Shown in pieces: positions 18,241 to 29,256 of a DNA stretch of 64,000 bases (its first letter is position 1; each line of letters starts with the position of its first letter). The notes beneath the pieces were generated by a model. That model had not been told where the DNA came from and did no database searches. It was given only the letters and a program-made list of their open reading frames with translations. The translations under genes were made by a program, and so were the position numbers. Source of the stretch: Acidimicrobiia bacterium (GTDB lineage: Bacteria > Actinomycetota > Acidimicrobiia > IMCC26256 > JAENVU01); contig JBBSBV010000002.1 of assembly GCA_038250905.1 (NCBI GenBank), positions 71,403-135,402 of the forward strand, written 5' to 3'.

Positions 18241-18597
18241 GTGAGACCTCTGATCCGACGCGGTGCGATCGTCGGCATGGTGGCCGGTGTGGCCTTCGCG
18301 GCGTGGAAATTCCTGGCGCAACGCGCCCCGGATACCGGCGGCGTCAGCTACGAGCCCCAGCCGTTCCCGATGCCGCCCCGCCCGATCCCCGCAAGTCCCG
18401 CGACGCCGGTCGCGGGACCGACGGTCGCGCCCGACGCGGACGGCAACTGCCCGGTCACCCACCCGATCAAGGGCAAGCGTTCGAGCGGCATCTTCCACCA
18501 GCCCGGCAGCTTCGCGTACGAGCGCACACACGCCGACGCGTGTTACGTGGACACGGCCGCCGCCGAGCATGACGGTCTGCGCGCAGCCAAACGCTGA
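18241..18597 (+). CDS. membrane-anchored hypothetical protein with C-terminal IKG..SSGIFH.PG..Y....C module
   Basis: GTG start, N-terminal TM IVGMVAGVAFAAW, Pro-rich linker, then CPVTHPIKGKRSSGIFHQPGSFAYERTHADACYVDTAAAEHDGLRAAK. I recall this short module from many Gram-positive secreted proteins but cannot verify that here. Confidence 0.6.
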   Translation: MRPLIRRGAIVGMVAGVAFAAWKFLAQRAPDTGGVSYEPQPFPMPPRPIPASPATPVAGPTVAPDADGNCPVTHPIKGKRSSGIFHQPGSFAYERTHADACYVDTAAAEHDGLRAAKR

Positions 18598-18672
18598 GCG
18601 TCGTAGCGCTTCCCTTCGCGCGCGACATGACCTACGTTCCCCCGTTCCACGACTGGACCAAGGGGTAGCTCC

Positions 18673-19065
18673 ATGAAAGACATGCTCAACGATTTCAAGA
18701 AATTCATCATGAAGGGCAATGTCCTCGACTTGGCCGTTGCCGTGATCATCGGCGTCGCGTTCGGCGCCGTGGTCCTGAGCTTCACCAACGACATCATCAT
18801 GCCCATCGTCGGCGCGGTGTTCGGCAAGGCAAACTTCAACGACCTCACCCTGAAGATCGGCGATGGCGTCATCGCCTACGGCAGTTTCCTGACGGTGCTG
18901 CTGAACTTCCTGATCATCGCCTTCGTGCTGTTCTTGATCATCAGGGCGTTCGAGAAGTTGCAGAGCATGCGCGGCACCAAGGAGGAAGAGGCCGAGCCGC
19001 TCACGGTCGAGGGTGAACTCCTCGCCGAGATCCGCGACATCCTGAAGGCGCAGCGGTCCGCGTAA
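18673..19065 (+). CDS. mscL: large-conductance mechanosensitive channel
   Basis: FKKFIMKGNVLDLAVAVIIGVAFGAVVLSFTNDIIMPIVG, two TM segments, 130 aa. Confidence 0.9.
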   Translation: MKDMLNDFKKFIMKGNVLDLAVAVIIGVAFGAVVLSFTNDIIMPIVGAVFGKANFNDLTLKIGDGVIAYGSFLTVLLNFLIIAFVLFLIIRAFEKLQSMRGTKEEEAEPLTVEGELLAEIRDILKAQRSA

Positions 19066-19077
19066 CCGCCAGGACGC

Positions 19078-20664
19078 TCAGCCGAGTTCGATGGCCCGCG
19101 CGTCGAGGATGCCGTCCTCGGCGCGGAGGGCCGCGATCACGTCGTCGGTCACCGGCGTGGTGGTCGACAGCGCCATGAGCGCCGCCTGCCCGGAGTTGGT
19201 CCGGCCGACGACCATGTCGTCGATGTTGACCTTGGCGTCGCCGAGGATCATGCCGACCTTGCCGATGATGCCGGGAACGTCGGAGTTACGAACCACGACC
19301 ATGTGGGCGGACGGCGGGACGTCGATGACGTGGTCGTCGATCCCGACGATCCGGGGCGATCCCTGCTTGCCGTAGAGCGTCCCGGCCACGTGGGTCTCCC
19401 GGCCACGGTAGGTGCCGCGCAGTTCCACGAGGTTCACGTAGTCGTGCGTCGCGGCGAGTTTCGACTCACGCACTTCGAGTCCGCGGTCCTTGGCGATGGC
19501 GGGCGCGTTCACGAAGCTCACCGGCTCGTCGATCACCGGTCCGAGCACCCCCTTGAGCGCGGCCAGGGTGAGCACCTTGCAGTCGTAGTCGGCGATCTGG
19601 CCTTCGAACGAGACCTCGAGTCGCTCGACCACTCCCCCGGCCAGTCCGGTGAAGAGCTGACCGAGCCGCTCGACGAGCGGGAGGAACGGCGCGACCGTCG
19701 CGTTCGCCTCGCTCGCCGCGAGGTTCACGGCAAAGGGGACGAACTCGCCGGCCAGGCCGAGGACCACCATCTCCGCGATCGTCTGGCCCGCCTTGTCCTG
19801 CGCCTCGTTGGTGGACGCGCCCAGGTGGGGTGTCACGACGACGTTCTCGAGCGCGAACAGCGGGGATTCGGTGGTGGGCTCGGCTGCGAACACGTCGAGC
19901 GCGGCGCCACCGAGGGGTCCGTCGCGCAGGGCGTCGGCGAGCGCGGCCTCGTCGACGATCCCGCCGCGCGCGGTGTTGACGAGCCGGAGGCCCGGCTTCG
20001 CCTTGGCGAGGAGTTCGGCGTTGAACAAGCCGAGGGTCTCGGGCGTCTTCGGCAGGTGGATCGTGATGAAGTCGGCCGAGGCGACGAGCCGTTCGAGGTC
20101 GGGTTCGAGTTCGACACCGAGTTGCCGGGCCCGCTCCTCACTCACGTACGGGTCGTACGCGACGAGGCGCATCCCGAAGGCGAGGCAACGCTGGGCGACG
20201 AGCACGCCAACGCGACCGAGCCCGACCACGCCGAGGGTTTTGCCGTGGAGTTCGACTCCGGTCCAGCGCGACCGATTCCACTTACCGGCCTTCAGGTCGC
20301 GATCGGCCTGCGGGATGTTGCGCGCCTGCGAGAGGAGTAACGCCACCGCCTGCTCCGCGGCCGAGATGACGTTCGACTGTGGTGCGTTGACCACCATCAC
20401 GCCGCGTTGGGTGGCGGCCGCCACATCGACGTTGTCGAGCCCGATACCGGCGCGGCCGACGACGACGAGGTCGGTCCCGGCGGCGAGCACGTCTGCGGTC
20501 ACCTGCGTGGCACTGCGGATCACGAGCGCGGCGGCACCGGGGATGGTGGCGATCAGCTCCTCGGGCGACAGCCCGAGCTGGACGTCGACCTCCAGGCCCG
20601 CCGCGCGCATGTGGTCGAGACCACGATCGGCCAGCTCTTCGGTGACGAGGACGCGTTGAGACAC
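19078..20664 (-). CDS. serA: D-3-phosphoglycerate dehydrogenase
   Basis: RVLVTEELADRGLDHMRAAGLEV...GKTLGVVGLGRVGVLVAQR (NAD site)...C-terminal ACT domain HMVVVRNSDVPGIIGKVGMILG. GTG 20664 gives 528 aa; the upstream ORF part is junk. Confidence 0.9.
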   Translation of the reverse strand: MSQRVLVTEELADRGLDHMRAAGLEVDVQLGLSPEELIATIPGAAALVIRSATQVTADVLAAGTDLVVVGRAGIGLDNVDVAAATQRGVMVVNAPQSNVISAAEQAVALLLSQARNIPQADRDLKAGKWNRSRWTGVELHGKTLGVVGLGRVGVLVAQRCLAFGMRLVAYDPYVSEERARQLGVELEPDLERLVASADFITIHLPKTPETLGLFNAELLAKAKPGLRLVNTARGGIVDEAALADALRDGPLGGAALDVFAAEPTTESPLFALENVVVTPHLGASTNEAQDKAGQTIAEMVVLGLAGEFVPFAVNLAASEANATVAPFLPLVERLGQLFTGLAGGVVERLEVSFEGQIADYDCKVLTLAALKGVLGPVIDEPVSFVNAPAIAKDRGLEVRESKLAATHDYVNLVELRGTYRGRETHVAGTLYGKQGSPRIVGIDDHVIDVPPSAHMVVVRNSDVPGIIGKVGMILGDAKVNIDDMVVGRTNSGQAALMALSTTTPVTDDVIAALRAEDGILDARAIELG

Positions 20665-20683
20665 GAAACTGACCCTTCTGGTT

Positions 20684-21883
20684 TCAGGCGAGGAACTCGG
20701 CGATGCGGCGGACGCCTTCTTCGATGTCGTCGTCGCCGAGTGCGAACGACAGCCGCGCGTAGCCCGGGGCGCCGAACGCCTCACCCGGGACGATGGCGAC
20801 CTTGGCCACGTCGAGCAGCACCTCGGCAAACTCGAGCGTCGAGGTGACCATGCGACCGCCGAGCTCACGGCCCAGCGCGCCCTCGAAACTCGGGAAGCAG
20901 TAGAACGCGCCCTGCGGCTCGGGACAGACGACACCCGGGATCGCGCTCAACATCGTGTGCATCGTCTTGCCGCGCCGCTCGAATGCGTCCCGCATCATCG
21001 CGACGGCCGAGAGGTCGCCCGACACCGCGGCGAGCGCGGCGCGTTGGGCGACGTTCGCCACGTTGGAGGTGGAGTGCGACTGCAGGTTGGTCGCGGCCAC
21101 GATCACGTCCTCCGGGCCGATCATCCAGCCGACGCGCCAGCCGGTCATCGCGTAGGTCTTGGCGACGCCGTTGACCACGACACACCGGTCCGCGAGCGAC
21201 GGCACGATCGCGGGCATGGACGTGAACTCGTTCGCGCCGAAGGTGAGGTGCTCATAGATCTCGTCGGTGACGACCCAGATGTTGTGCTCGACCGCCCACT
21301 TGCCGATCGCCTCGACCTCGGCTTCGGGATACACCGCGCCGGTAGGGTTCGACGGCGACACGAAGAGCAGCACCTTGGTGTTCGGTGTCCGCGCCGCTTC
21401 GAGTTGGTCGACGGTGACCCGGAATCCCGAGTCCGCGGTCGTCGGCAGGACGATCTCCTGGCCGCCGGCGAGCGCGATGGCCTCCGGGTAGGTGGTCCAG
21501 TACGGGGCCGGGAGCAGCACCTCGTCGCCCGGGTCCAGCAGCGTCTGGAAGGTGTTGTAGACGGCGTGCTTGCCGCCGTTGGTCACGAGCACCTGGCTCG
21601 GGATGCAGCCGTACCCGGAGTCGCGGGCGGTCTTGTCGGCGATGGCCCGCCGCAGCTCCGGGAGCCCGGGGGTGGGCGAATAGCGGTGGTTCGCGGGGTC
21701 CCGGCAGGCGAGCACCGCCGCCTCGACGATGTGCGCCGGGGTCGGGAAATCAGGCTCGCCGGCACCGAAACCCACCACGGGTTCACCGGCCGCCTTGAGC
21801 GCTTTGGCCTTGGCGTCGACGGCGAGCGTTGCGGACTCACCAATAGCTGCAATGCGGCGGGAGACTCGGTTGTCCTGGGTCAC
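20684..21883 (-). CDS. pyridoxal-phosphate-dependent aminotransferase, class I (aspartate aminotransferase-like)
   Basis: [44 protein letters not shown]...NPTGAVY...[17 protein letters not shown]. Start uncertain: GTG 21883 or GTG 21916. Confidence 0.85.
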   Translation of the reverse strand: MTQDNRVSRRIAAIGESATLAVDAKAKALKAAGEPVVGFGAGEPDFPTPAHIVEAAVLACRDPANHRYSPTPGLPELRRAIADKTARDSGYGCIPSQVLVTNGGKHAVYNTFQTLLDPGDEVLLPAPYWTTYPEAIALAGGQEIVLPTTADSGFRVTVDQLEAARTPNTKVLLFVSPSNPTGAVYPEAEVEAIGKWAVEHNIWVVTDEIYEHLTFGANEFTSMPAIVPSLADRCVVVNGVAKTYAMTGWRVGWMIGPEDVIVAATNLQSHSTSNVANVAQRAALAAVSGDLSAVAMMRDAFERRGKTMHTMLSAIPGVVCPEPQGAFYCFPSFEGALGRELGGRMVTSTLEFAEVLLDVAKVAIVPGEAFGAPGYARLSFALGDDDIEEGVRRIAEFLA

Positions 21884-21994
21884 CGGGCCATGGTGGCACG
21901 CCGCAGGGCTCCGCACCGGACCGAATACGGCGGCCACGCTGCGGGGCGGAGCAACCCGGGACCGGTCGGCAACCACCGCTAGCCTTGGCACCGC

Positions 21995-23437
21995 ATGTCG
22001 CCCACCCGCCATGCCCGGCTGTGTCGGCTGATCCTGGTCCCGATGCTCCTGGCGCTCGCCGTGCTCGTGGCACCGGCAGCCCCGGCGATGGCCGTCGGCG
22101 GGCCTCCGCCATCCCAGCCCCCGGCGTCGTACATCCTCGTGGACGCCGACCGTGGCACGGTGCTGCTGGCCAAGAACGAGCATCAGTCGCTGTACACCGC
22201 ATCGACGATCAAGGTGCTCACCGCGCTCGTGGCCCTCGAACACCTCCCACTCACTGCGCCGCTCCACGTGAGTGCACTGGCCGCGAGCCAACCGGCGTCG
22301 AAGATCGACATGAAGGAAGGCAGCACCTGGCCACTCGACCAGGCCCTGCACTCCCTGATGATCATCTCGGCCAACGACGCCGCGTACGCGCTGGCGGAGA
22401 ACGCCGGCGGCAGCCTCGCCGGGTTCGCCAAGCTGGCGACCAAGACCGGGCAGCGACTCGGCTTGCAGGACACGTCATTCCACGACCCGGCCGGACTCGA
22501 CGGCGCCGCGGGGTTCGAGGGCGGGACCACCTCGAGTGCGTACGACCTCTCGATCATCGCCCGCAACGCTTTGTCGGTCCCGGCGATCGCCGGGCCCGCG
22601 AGCCTGGTCACCTACGAGTTCACCGACCCCACGGGCGCCGGTCGCCGGTTGGTGAACCACAACCGCGGGTTCCTCACCACCTACCCGGGCGCCATCGGAC
22701 TCAAGACGGGATTCACCAACCAGGCGAGCCGGACGCTGATCACCGCGGCGAAACGCGACGGCCGCACCCTCATCGCCGTGGTCATGGGCACCTGGGACGA
22801 CACCGGGTGGGCCGGCTACCTCCTCGATCAGGGCTTCGCCGGCGCCGACGGCGGGCCGCAACCAGTCCGCCTCCCCGCCGTCCACATCGCACCGATCGAC
22901 GGGCGCACCGGATCGTTCGCCAACCTCCCGCACCCGCTCGGGACGGGCGCGGTCGCGACCAACACCGCCGCGCCGGACCCCGCGCCAAAACCCCGGGCGA
23001 CGGCGAAGGCGAAGACCAAGCCGAAGGCTTCCGTCACACTGGCGGCGGCGGTGCCGGCGGCGTCGGGTTCGGCCGACACCACCCCGACGAGCGCCAAGAC
23101 CACCGCGCCGGCGTCCGACGCGGGATCGTCGTGGTGGTCGGTGCTGAAGGTCGCCGGGATCGTGTTGCTGGTCCTCCTCGTGATCGTGGTCGCCCTGCGT
23201 CGGCGGGCCGTCCGGCGCCAGCGGGCGCGGCGGATCGAACGCCTGCGGGCGCATCGGGAAGCCCGGCGGCGGGGCATGATCGATGTCATCGACGCCGACG
23301 ACGCCGACGCCGACGTGCGCGTCATGCCGGTCCGGACCTCGCATCACGTCGCCGCGAGCGGGAAACGTCATCCGGCAGACCGTCGGATACTCCACCCGGC
23401 CCGGCCGCGAGATCACCGAGAATCCCGCCGTGACTGA
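21995..23437 (+). CDS. D-alanyl-D-alanine carboxypeptidase (peptidase S11) with C-terminal membrane anchor
   Basis: Signal peptide; Sxx[12 protein letters not shown]; SxN ISANDAAY; KTG GLKTGFT; Pro/Ala-rich linker; [18 protein letters not shown]; Arg-rich tail. Confidence 0.85.
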   Translation: MSPTRHARLCRLILVPMLLALAVLVAPAAPAMAVGGPPPSQPPASYILVDADRGTVLLAKNEHQSLYTASTIKVLTALVALEHLPLTAPLHVSALAASQPASKIDMKEGSTWPLDQALHSLMIISANDAAYALAENAGGSLAGFAKLATKTGQRLGLQDTSFHDPAGLDGAAGFEGGTTSSAYDLSIIARNALSVPAIAGPASLVTYEFTDPTGAGRRLVNHNRGFLTTYPGAIGLKTGFTNQASRTLITAAKRDGRTLIAVVMGTWDDTGWAGYLLDQGFAGADGGPQPVRLPAVHIAPIDGRTGSFANLPHPLGTGAVATNTAAPDPAPKPRATAKAKTKPKASVTLAAAVPAASGSADTTPTSAKTTAPASDAGSSWWSVLKVAGIVLLVLLVIVVALRRRAVRRQRARRIERLRAHREARRRGMIDVIDADDADADVRVMPVRTSHHVAASGKRHPADRRILHPARPRDHRESRRD

Positions 23438-24242
23438 CGCGAGCGAACCCGAGGTCCTCTACGACGTCGACGGCCACATCGCGACCATCACCCTCAACCG
23501 CCCGCACCGGCGCAACGCGATCTCGGTACGCATGCTCGTGGAACTCGGCGAAGCGATCGAGCGGGTCGAGCGGGACCGCGGCGTGCGCGTCGCGATCCTC
23601 ACCGGCGCGGGCGCGGGGTTCTGCTCCGGGCTCGACATCAAGGACGCGATGGCCGGGACCGGCATCGGTGGTGGCGGATCGGTGAGTCCGGGTGGTGGCG
23701 ACCTGGCGCGGACCTCGGACCTGCCGACCATCGCGCTGCACGAGATGAACACGCCCGTCATCGCCGCGCTCAACGGCGCCGCGGCGGGGTACGGGCTCGA
23801 CCTGGCGCTCGGCTGCGACCTGCGGCTCGCGGCCGCGAGTGCGCGTCTGCTGCCCGGGTTCGCGAAACGGGCGATCGTGCCCGAGAGCGGCGGGACCTGG
23901 TATCTGCCCCGGCTCGTCGGCTGGGCCAAGGCCGCGGAGATCGCCTACCTGGGCCGCGATCTGAGCGCCGAGGAATCGAAGGGGCTCGGCCTGGTGAACG
24001 ACGTGGTCGCCGACGAGCACCTCATGGCAACCGCGAACGACTGGGCCGGCGAGATCGCGGCCAACGCGCCGCTCGCGGTGCAGTCGATCAAACGACTGTT
24101 CCGGGCCGGGATGAACGAGGACTTCCGCACCCACTCGGAGCACGTGTTGCTGCAACTCGGCTCACTGGTGCGCACGCAGGACTTCCAGGAAGGCCTGCTG
24201 AGCTTCATGGAGCGCCGCGCCCCCCACTTCGAGGGTCGCTGA
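23430..24242 (+). CDS. enoyl-CoA hydratase/isomerase family protein
   Basis: IATITLNRPHRRNAIS...AILTGAGAGFCSGLDIK...AALNGAAAGYGLDLALGCDLRLAA. GTG 23430 overlaps the preceding gene by 8 nt. Confidence 0.85.
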   Translation: MTDASEPEVLYDVDGHIATITLNRPHRRNAISVRMLVELGEAIERVERDRGVRVAILTGAGAGFCSGLDIKDAMAGTGIGGGGSVSPGGGDLARTSDLPTIALHEMNTPVIAALNGAAAGYGLDLALGCDLRLAAASARLLPGFAKRAIVPESGGTWYLPRLVGWAKAAEIAYLGRDLSAEESKGLGLVNDVVADEHLMATANDWAGEIAANAPLAVQSIKRLFRAGMNEDFRTHSEHVLLQLGSLVRTQDFQEGLLSFMERRAPHFEGR

Positions 24243-24252
24243 GGCGAAACGG

Positions 24253-25425
24253 TCAGACGACGGCTTCGTCGCCGGCGGTCTCCCAGTTGCGCAGGTCGGC
24301 CAGGCGCGGATCGTTGGAGAAGACCTCCACGATGGGTCGCTCCAGCTGCAACCGCCGCTGGATCACGCGGACCTCGTTCTCCTCGTTCCACATCGAGAGC
24401 ATCACGGCCACGCCGACCTCGCCGGCCCGGGCGGTACGACCGGAGCGGTGGATGTAGGCCTTGTGGTCCTCGGGCGGGTCGTAGTGGATCACGACGTCGA
24501 CACCGTCGACGTGGATGCCGCGTGCCGCGACGTCGGTGGCCACGAGCACCGGGAGTTTGCCGTCGGAGAAATCGGCGAGGGCGCGTTCGCGCGCCGCCTG
24601 GCGCAGGTCACCGTGGATGGCGCCGGCCTTGATGCGCTCGCGCATGAGTTGCTCGACGACCTTGTCGGCACCGCGCTTGGTGCGACAGAACACCAACGTG
24701 CGATCGACACCGCGTGAAATCGCGGCCACGACCTTGATCTTGTCCATCTGGTGCACCAGCAGGAAGTGGTGGTGCATCTCGTCGACGGTCTCGTCGTCGG
24801 ACTCGACCTCGTGCGAGAGCGGGTCCTTCAGGTAGCGGTCGACGAGGCGGTCGATGCCGCGGTCGAGCGTGGCCGAGAAGAGCATCGTCTGGTGCTCACC
24901 CTCGACCCGGTGCAGGATCTTCTGCACCTGCGGGAGGAAGCCCATGTCGGCCATGCGGTCGGCCTCGTCGAGCACGAGGACCTGCACGTTGGAGAAGTAC
25001 AGCTCGCCGCGTTCCATGAGGACGATGAGCCGGCCCGGCGTTCCGATGAGCACGTCGACACCCTTGGCCAGCGCCTCGACCTGTGGGTCCATGCCGACCC
25101 CGCCGTAGAACGCCTTGACCGAGAGGCCGAGCGTCTTGCCGAGCGGCTCGAGCACCTCGCGCACCTGGTTGGCGAGCTCGCGGGTCGGGACCAGCACCAG
25201 GCCGTGAGGGCGTTGGGGCTGGGCCTTGTCGACGAGGTCGAGGAGGGGCAGACCGAAGGCAAGGGTCTTGCCGGAGCCGGTCTTGGCTTTGCCGAGCACA
25301 TCACGACGCGCCAGGGCGTCGGCAATGGTGAGGGCTTGAATGGGGAAGGGCTCGTGGATGCCCTGGGCCGCAAGGGCCTCGGCGAGAGGGGCCGAGACGC
25401 CGAGTTCGGCGAACGTCGCAGTCAT
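24253..25425 (-). CDS. DEAD-box ATP-dependent RNA helicase
   Basis: Q motif FPIQ; AKTGSGKT; VLDEADRMADMGF (DEAD); SAT; HRSGRTARAG. Confidence 0.9.
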   Translation of the reverse strand: MTATFAELGVSAPLAEALAAQGIHEPFPIQALTIADALARRDVLGKAKTGSGKTLAFGLPLLDLVDKAQPQRPHGLVLVPTRELANQVREVLEPLGKTLGLSVKAFYGGVGMDPQVEALAKGVDVLIGTPGRLIVLMERGELYFSNVQVLVLDEADRMADMGFLPQVQKILHRVEGEHQTMLFSATLDRGIDRLVDRYLKDPLSHEVESDDETVDEMHHHFLLVHQMDKIKVVAAISRGVDRTLVFCRTKRGADKVVEQLMRERIKAGAIHGDLRQAARERALADFSDGKLPVLVATDVAARGIHVDGVDVVIHYDPPEDHKAYIHRSGRTARAGEVGVAVMLSMWNEENEVRVIQRRLQLERPIVEVFSNDPRLADLRNWETAGDEAVV

Positions 25426-25538
25426 CTGTGGCTTTCGATTCGGGGTGGCCACTCTACGTCGCCGGAGCGGCACTCGGCCCTTCAGGGCAATCTCAGCCCT
25501 GCCCCAGGATTGGGTCGAGACCGTGGCAGCATCACCGG

Positions 25539-26255
25539 GTGCGAGTTCTCGTGGTCGAAGACGAAGCCAATATCGCCCAGGCGCTGGCCACCGGCCTCGC
25601 CGCCGAGGGCTTCGACGTCGACGTCGTGGACAACGGCACCGACGGGCTCTGGCGGGCCCGGGAGACCGCGTACGCCGCGATCATCCTCGACATCCTCCTC
25701 CCCGGCATGAACGGCTTCAAAGTGTGCCGGACCCTGCGCGAAGAGGGGGTATGGACGCCGATCCTCATGCTCACCGCGAAGGACGGCGAACTCGACGAGG
25801 CCGAGGCGCTCGACACCGGCGCCGACGACTTCCTGAGCAAGCCGTTCTCTTTCGTCGTCCTGGTGGCGCGGCTGCGGGCCCTCCTGCGCCGGGGCTCCAC
25901 TCCCCGCCCGACCATCCTCACCGTCGGCACGCTCACTCTCGACCCGGCGTCGCGGGAGTGCCGGCGCGGCGACGCGTCGGTCGAGCTCACCGCCCGCGAG
26001 TACGCGCTGCTGGAACTGCTGATGCGACGCTCCGACGCGATCGTGCCCAAGACCACCCTGCTCGACGAGGTCTGGGGCATCGACTTCTCCGGCGATCCGA
26101 ACATCGTCGAGGTCTACATCGGGTATCTCCGCAAGAAGATCGACGCCGCGTTCGGACTGCAGACGATCCTGACGGTGCGCGGCGCGGGCTACCGCCTCAT
26201 CGCCGATGCTCCGCCGGCCGACGCGGCGGGCGCGGCCGACGACACCCCCGGGTAA
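25539..26255 (+). CDS. OmpR-family response regulator
   Basis: VRVLVVEDE...AIILDILLPGMNGF...MLTAKD...C-terminal winged helix LTAREYALLELLMRR...VYIGYLRKKID...TVRGAGYRL. Confidence 0.9.
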   Translation: MRVLVVEDEANIAQALATGLAAEGFDVDVVDNGTDGLWRARETAYAAIILDILLPGMNGFKVCRTLREEGVWTPILMLTAKDGELDEAEALDTGADDFLSKPFSFVVLVARLRALLRRGSTPRPTILTVGTLTLDPASRECRRGDASVELTAREYALLELLMRRSDAIVPKTTLLDEVWGIDFSGDPNIVEVYIGYLRKKIDAAFGLQTILTVRGAGYRLIADAPPADAAGAADDTPG

Positions 26256-26259
26256 CCGC

Positions 26260-27669
26260 ATGCGTCGACCGTCGAGGTTGTGGGGCACCGTACGGGTCCG
26301 GATCACCGTGGCCGCGACGGTGGTGGTGGCACTCGCGCTGATGCTGTCCTCCTGGATCATCGTGCGCGCGGTGCGCACGTCGCTCCGTGAGGACGCGCAG
26401 GCCGCGAGCCGCGTCGCACTGGCCGACGCGTTCGAGCGGTTCGAGCACCGGGGCATCACCGACCCGCTGCCGGTCCCCGCGCCATCCGGCTTCGCCATCC
26501 TGGTCGTCGACCGTGCCGGCACCATTCTCGGGGGCTCGCCGGGGTACAACTCCGGCCAGTGGGCCCAGTTCGCGGCCGCCTCGGCCGGTGCAGACGAACA
26601 CCATCGGGTGGTCAGCCGGGACGGGCGTCCCTTCCCCGGGGCCATCGCCGACGAGCCCCACGTGTGGTTCGTGGGCAATCGCATCTTCAACTTCATCCCG
26701 GTCCGGATCGGGCCGGAGCAGGTCCCCGGCTTCCTCGTGGCCGCAGGGACGCTGGGTGCGGTCGAGAGTTCGGTCCATACGCTGACCGTCACCCTCTGGT
26801 GGACGGTGCCGGGCCTGATCCTCTTCGTCGCCATCGTGGCGTGGAGCGTCACCGGACGGGCGCTGCGACCGGTGGAGACCATCCGTGGTGAGGTCACCGC
26901 GATCACGCATTCGAGCCTCGACCAGCGCGTCTCCGAACCGCGAGCGCGTGACGAGGTGGGCCGGCTGGCCCGCACCATGAACGAGATGCTCGACCGGTTG
27001 CAACAGTCGTCCGATCGGCAACGGCAGTTCGTGTCCGACGCTTCGCACGAGTTGCGGTCGCCGGTGGCCGCGATCCGCGCGACCGGTGAAGTCGCACTCG
27101 CGCACCCCGAGTCGGCCGACTGGCCGGTGGTGGTGGGCCGGATACTCACCGAGGACGAGCGCATGGAGCAGATCGTCCACGACCTCCTCGACCTCGCACG
27201 CGAGGAGGAGACCGACCATCCGGCGACGACGATCGACCTCGACGACATCGTGCTCGACGAGGCGACGCGGGTCCGAGGCACCGAGCGGGTCGTGAACACG
27301 GAGCGGGTGTCCGCGGGCCGGGTGCGCGGCAGCCGGGAGCAACTCACACGGGTGGTGCGCAACCTCCTCGACAATGCAGTGCGGCACGCGTCGGCGAACG
27401 TCCGCGTGTCGCTCGCCGACACCGACGGGGTGATACTCACGGTGGAGGACGACGGGCCGGGCGTCCCGCCGGCCGACCGGGAGCGGGTCTTCGAACGGTT
27501 CACCCGCCTCGACGAGGGTCGGGCGCGCGACGCCGGAGGTCTGGGCCTCGGCCTCGCCATGGTCCGCACCATCACCGAACGCCACGGTGGCCACGTCGAG
27601 ATCACCGACCCGGCCGACCCGGCCTACCCGGGCGCGCGCGTCGTCGTCACCCTCCCCGCAGCCGAGTAA
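26260..27669 (+). CDS. sensor histidine kinase (HAMP-HisKA-HATPase)
   Basis: Two TM segments, H box FVSDASHELRSPVAAI, N box VVRNLLDNAVRHA, G boxes DDGPGV and GLGLGLAMV. Starts 4 nt after the response-regulator stop. Confidence 0.9.
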   Translation: MRRPSRLWGTVRVRITVAATVVVALALMLSSWIIVRAVRTSLREDAQAASRVALADAFERFEHRGITDPLPVPAPSGFAILVVDRAGTILGGSPGYNSGQWAQFAAASAGADEHHRVVSRDGRPFPGAIADEPHVWFVGNRIFNFIPVRIGPEQVPGFLVAAGTLGAVESSVHTLTVTLWWTVPGLILFVAIVAWSVTGRALRPVETIRGEVTAITHSSLDQRVSEPRARDEVGRLARTMNEMLDRLQQSSDRQRQFVSDASHELRSPVAAIRATGEVALAHPESADWPVVVGRILTEDERMEQIVHDLLDLAREEETDHPATTIDLDDIVLDEATRVRGTERVVNTERVSAGRVRGSREQLTRVVRNLLDNAVRHASANVRVSLADTDGVILTVEDDGPGVPPADRERVFERFTRLDEGRARDAGGLGLGLAMVRTITERHGGHVEITDPADPAYPGARVVVTLPAAE

Positions 27670-27835
27670 GACCGGAGCGCCACAGCCGGTCGCGGCGGCG
27701 AAGGCTTTGCCGTCGTTTGACCGCTACCCGTATGCCGCTTGACCCGAGGCCTCGTAGGTTCGACCGCGCCGGCCCGCAGCCCAGCCGTTGCTGCGGTCGG
27801 CGCAGAAGTGAGTCCGGTCATCGACGGAGGTTGGC

Positions 27836-29239
27836 GTGGCCCGACGAACCAAGACGGGAACCGCGCACCGACGTTTCGTGGCGGTCCTGACGGCGGGAAT
27901 CGCGGCCACGATGCTGGTCGTGGGGGGCGTGACGATGACCCACCGCGGTCAACCAGCCCGGGCTGGTGCCGACCTCGCGACACCGGAGAACTTCGCGTTC
28001 TGGTACCAGCCGATCACGCCGACGACCGATCTCACGTCCCTCGGTCATCCGCGCGTCGTCGTCCACTTCGACCCGACGAACGCGGCCGCCACGGAGCGGC
28101 TCGCCGTCAACCGGATCCACGCCCAGACCGGTGCCGCCGCCTACCGCTACGTCCAGCTCTATTACCTTCCCGCGAGGCGACGGTTGATGAGCATGCGCAT
28201 CGGCCGTCACCCACGGTCGGCGTTCTGCACATCGGGATCCACCCCCGCCTACGACAGCGTGGTCAAGCCGACCAGCGAGCGGTGGATGTTCGTCGACGCG
28301 AACGAGCGATCGGTCGTCACGTCCTTCAAGCGGTTCCTCGCCCGAGTCAAGTCATGGGGATGGAACGGCATCTTCCTCGACCTCGCCCACCGTGCATTCA
28401 CCCAGGACTTCTGGGATCGATCGTCGACGTGCGAACACGATCCCGTCGTGCCCGGTCGCGCGAGCGCCGACGCCTACGCGGCCCTTGTTCCGATCGCCCG
28501 CTCGATGGGGCTTCAGGTGATGGTGAATGCAGGTGCGCCTTCGGGTGTCCCGTTACCGCTCCGCCCCGATCCGGCCGATCCCGCGTGCCGGGCAGCACGG
28601 TGGCCCGACTGCCGAGGCCTCGACGACGTCGCCCGGTCGGCCACCTGGATTCTCCACGAGGGCGCGTCGAACGAGTGGACCGGGCGGCACTGGAACGCAA
28701 CGGTTCGGGCGCTCGCCGCCGACGAGGCGGCCTCGAAGCGGAGCGACCGCGCGCCGACCGTGGCGATGGGCGTCTACCGGGGACCGGCAGCCGACCGGGT
28801 GGCACACACCGTCTTCCAGTGGGCGATGATGAAGCTGTTCGACCTCCCCGCCGCCTTCGGCACCGGCACGGACCGCTGCGGGGATCCACCGAACGTTCCG
28901 TTGGACCCGGCGTGCAACCGCGGTGGGATTGCACCGGCCGCCTTGGTCGACTCCACACTCGGGCCACCGATCGACCAGGCGCCGCTGACCCGCGCGTGCG
29001 AGCCGGGTCGAACGCGCTGCCTGTGGATCCGTCGGTACCGCGACGCGATGGTCGTGGTCAACAACGCATCGGAGAGCCTCACGGTCGATCATCTCGCGCT
29101 CGCCGACGCACCCGGATGCCGGACGGTCAGCGATGTGATGACGGGGACGCCCTACGCCGCCGGCCACTGCGTGTCGACGATCGCCGTGAACATTCCGGCC
29201 TTGCACGCCGCGGTGCTGCGTTACGGAACCGGTGCCTGA
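27836..29239 (+). CDS. secreted hypothetical protein (possible GH114-like TIM-barrel glycosidase)
   Basis: GTG 6 nt after GGAGG, N-terminal TM/signal. WMFVDANERSVV...KSWGWNGIFLDLA loosely resembles the GFDGVFLD core of GH114-like hydrolases. Several Cys pairs. Confidence 0.5.
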   Translation: MARRTKTGTAHRRFVAVLTAGIAATMLVVGGVTMTHRGQPARAGADLATPENFAFWYQPITPTTDLTSLGHPRVVVHFDPTNAAATERLAVNRIHAQTGAAAYRYVQLYYLPARRRLMSMRIGRHPRSAFCTSGSTPAYDSVVKPTSERWMFVDANERSVVTSFKRFLARVKSWGWNGIFLDLAHRAFTQDFWDRSSTCEHDPVVPGRASADAYAALVPIARSMGLQVMVNAGAPSGVPLPLRPDPADPACRAARWPDCRGLDDVARSATWILHEGASNEWTGRHWNATVRALAADEAASKRSDRAPTVAMGVYRGPAADRVAHTVFQWAMMKLFDLPAAFGTGTDRCGDPPNVPLDPACNRGGIAPAALVDSTLGPPIDQAPLTRACEPGRTRCLWIRRYRDAMVVVNNASESLTVDHLALADAPGCRTVSDVMTGTPYAAGHCVSTIAVNIPALHAAVLRYGTGA

Positions 29240-29256
29240 CCGACCACACGCGACCA

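Noticed and set aside
18673-19065. mscL looks AT-richer than its neighbours, which raised the question of horizontal transfer.
   Set aside because: The dip comes from its amino-acid composition (K, N, F, I, M). Third codon positions remain mostly G/C, and there are no flanking mobility genes or repeats.
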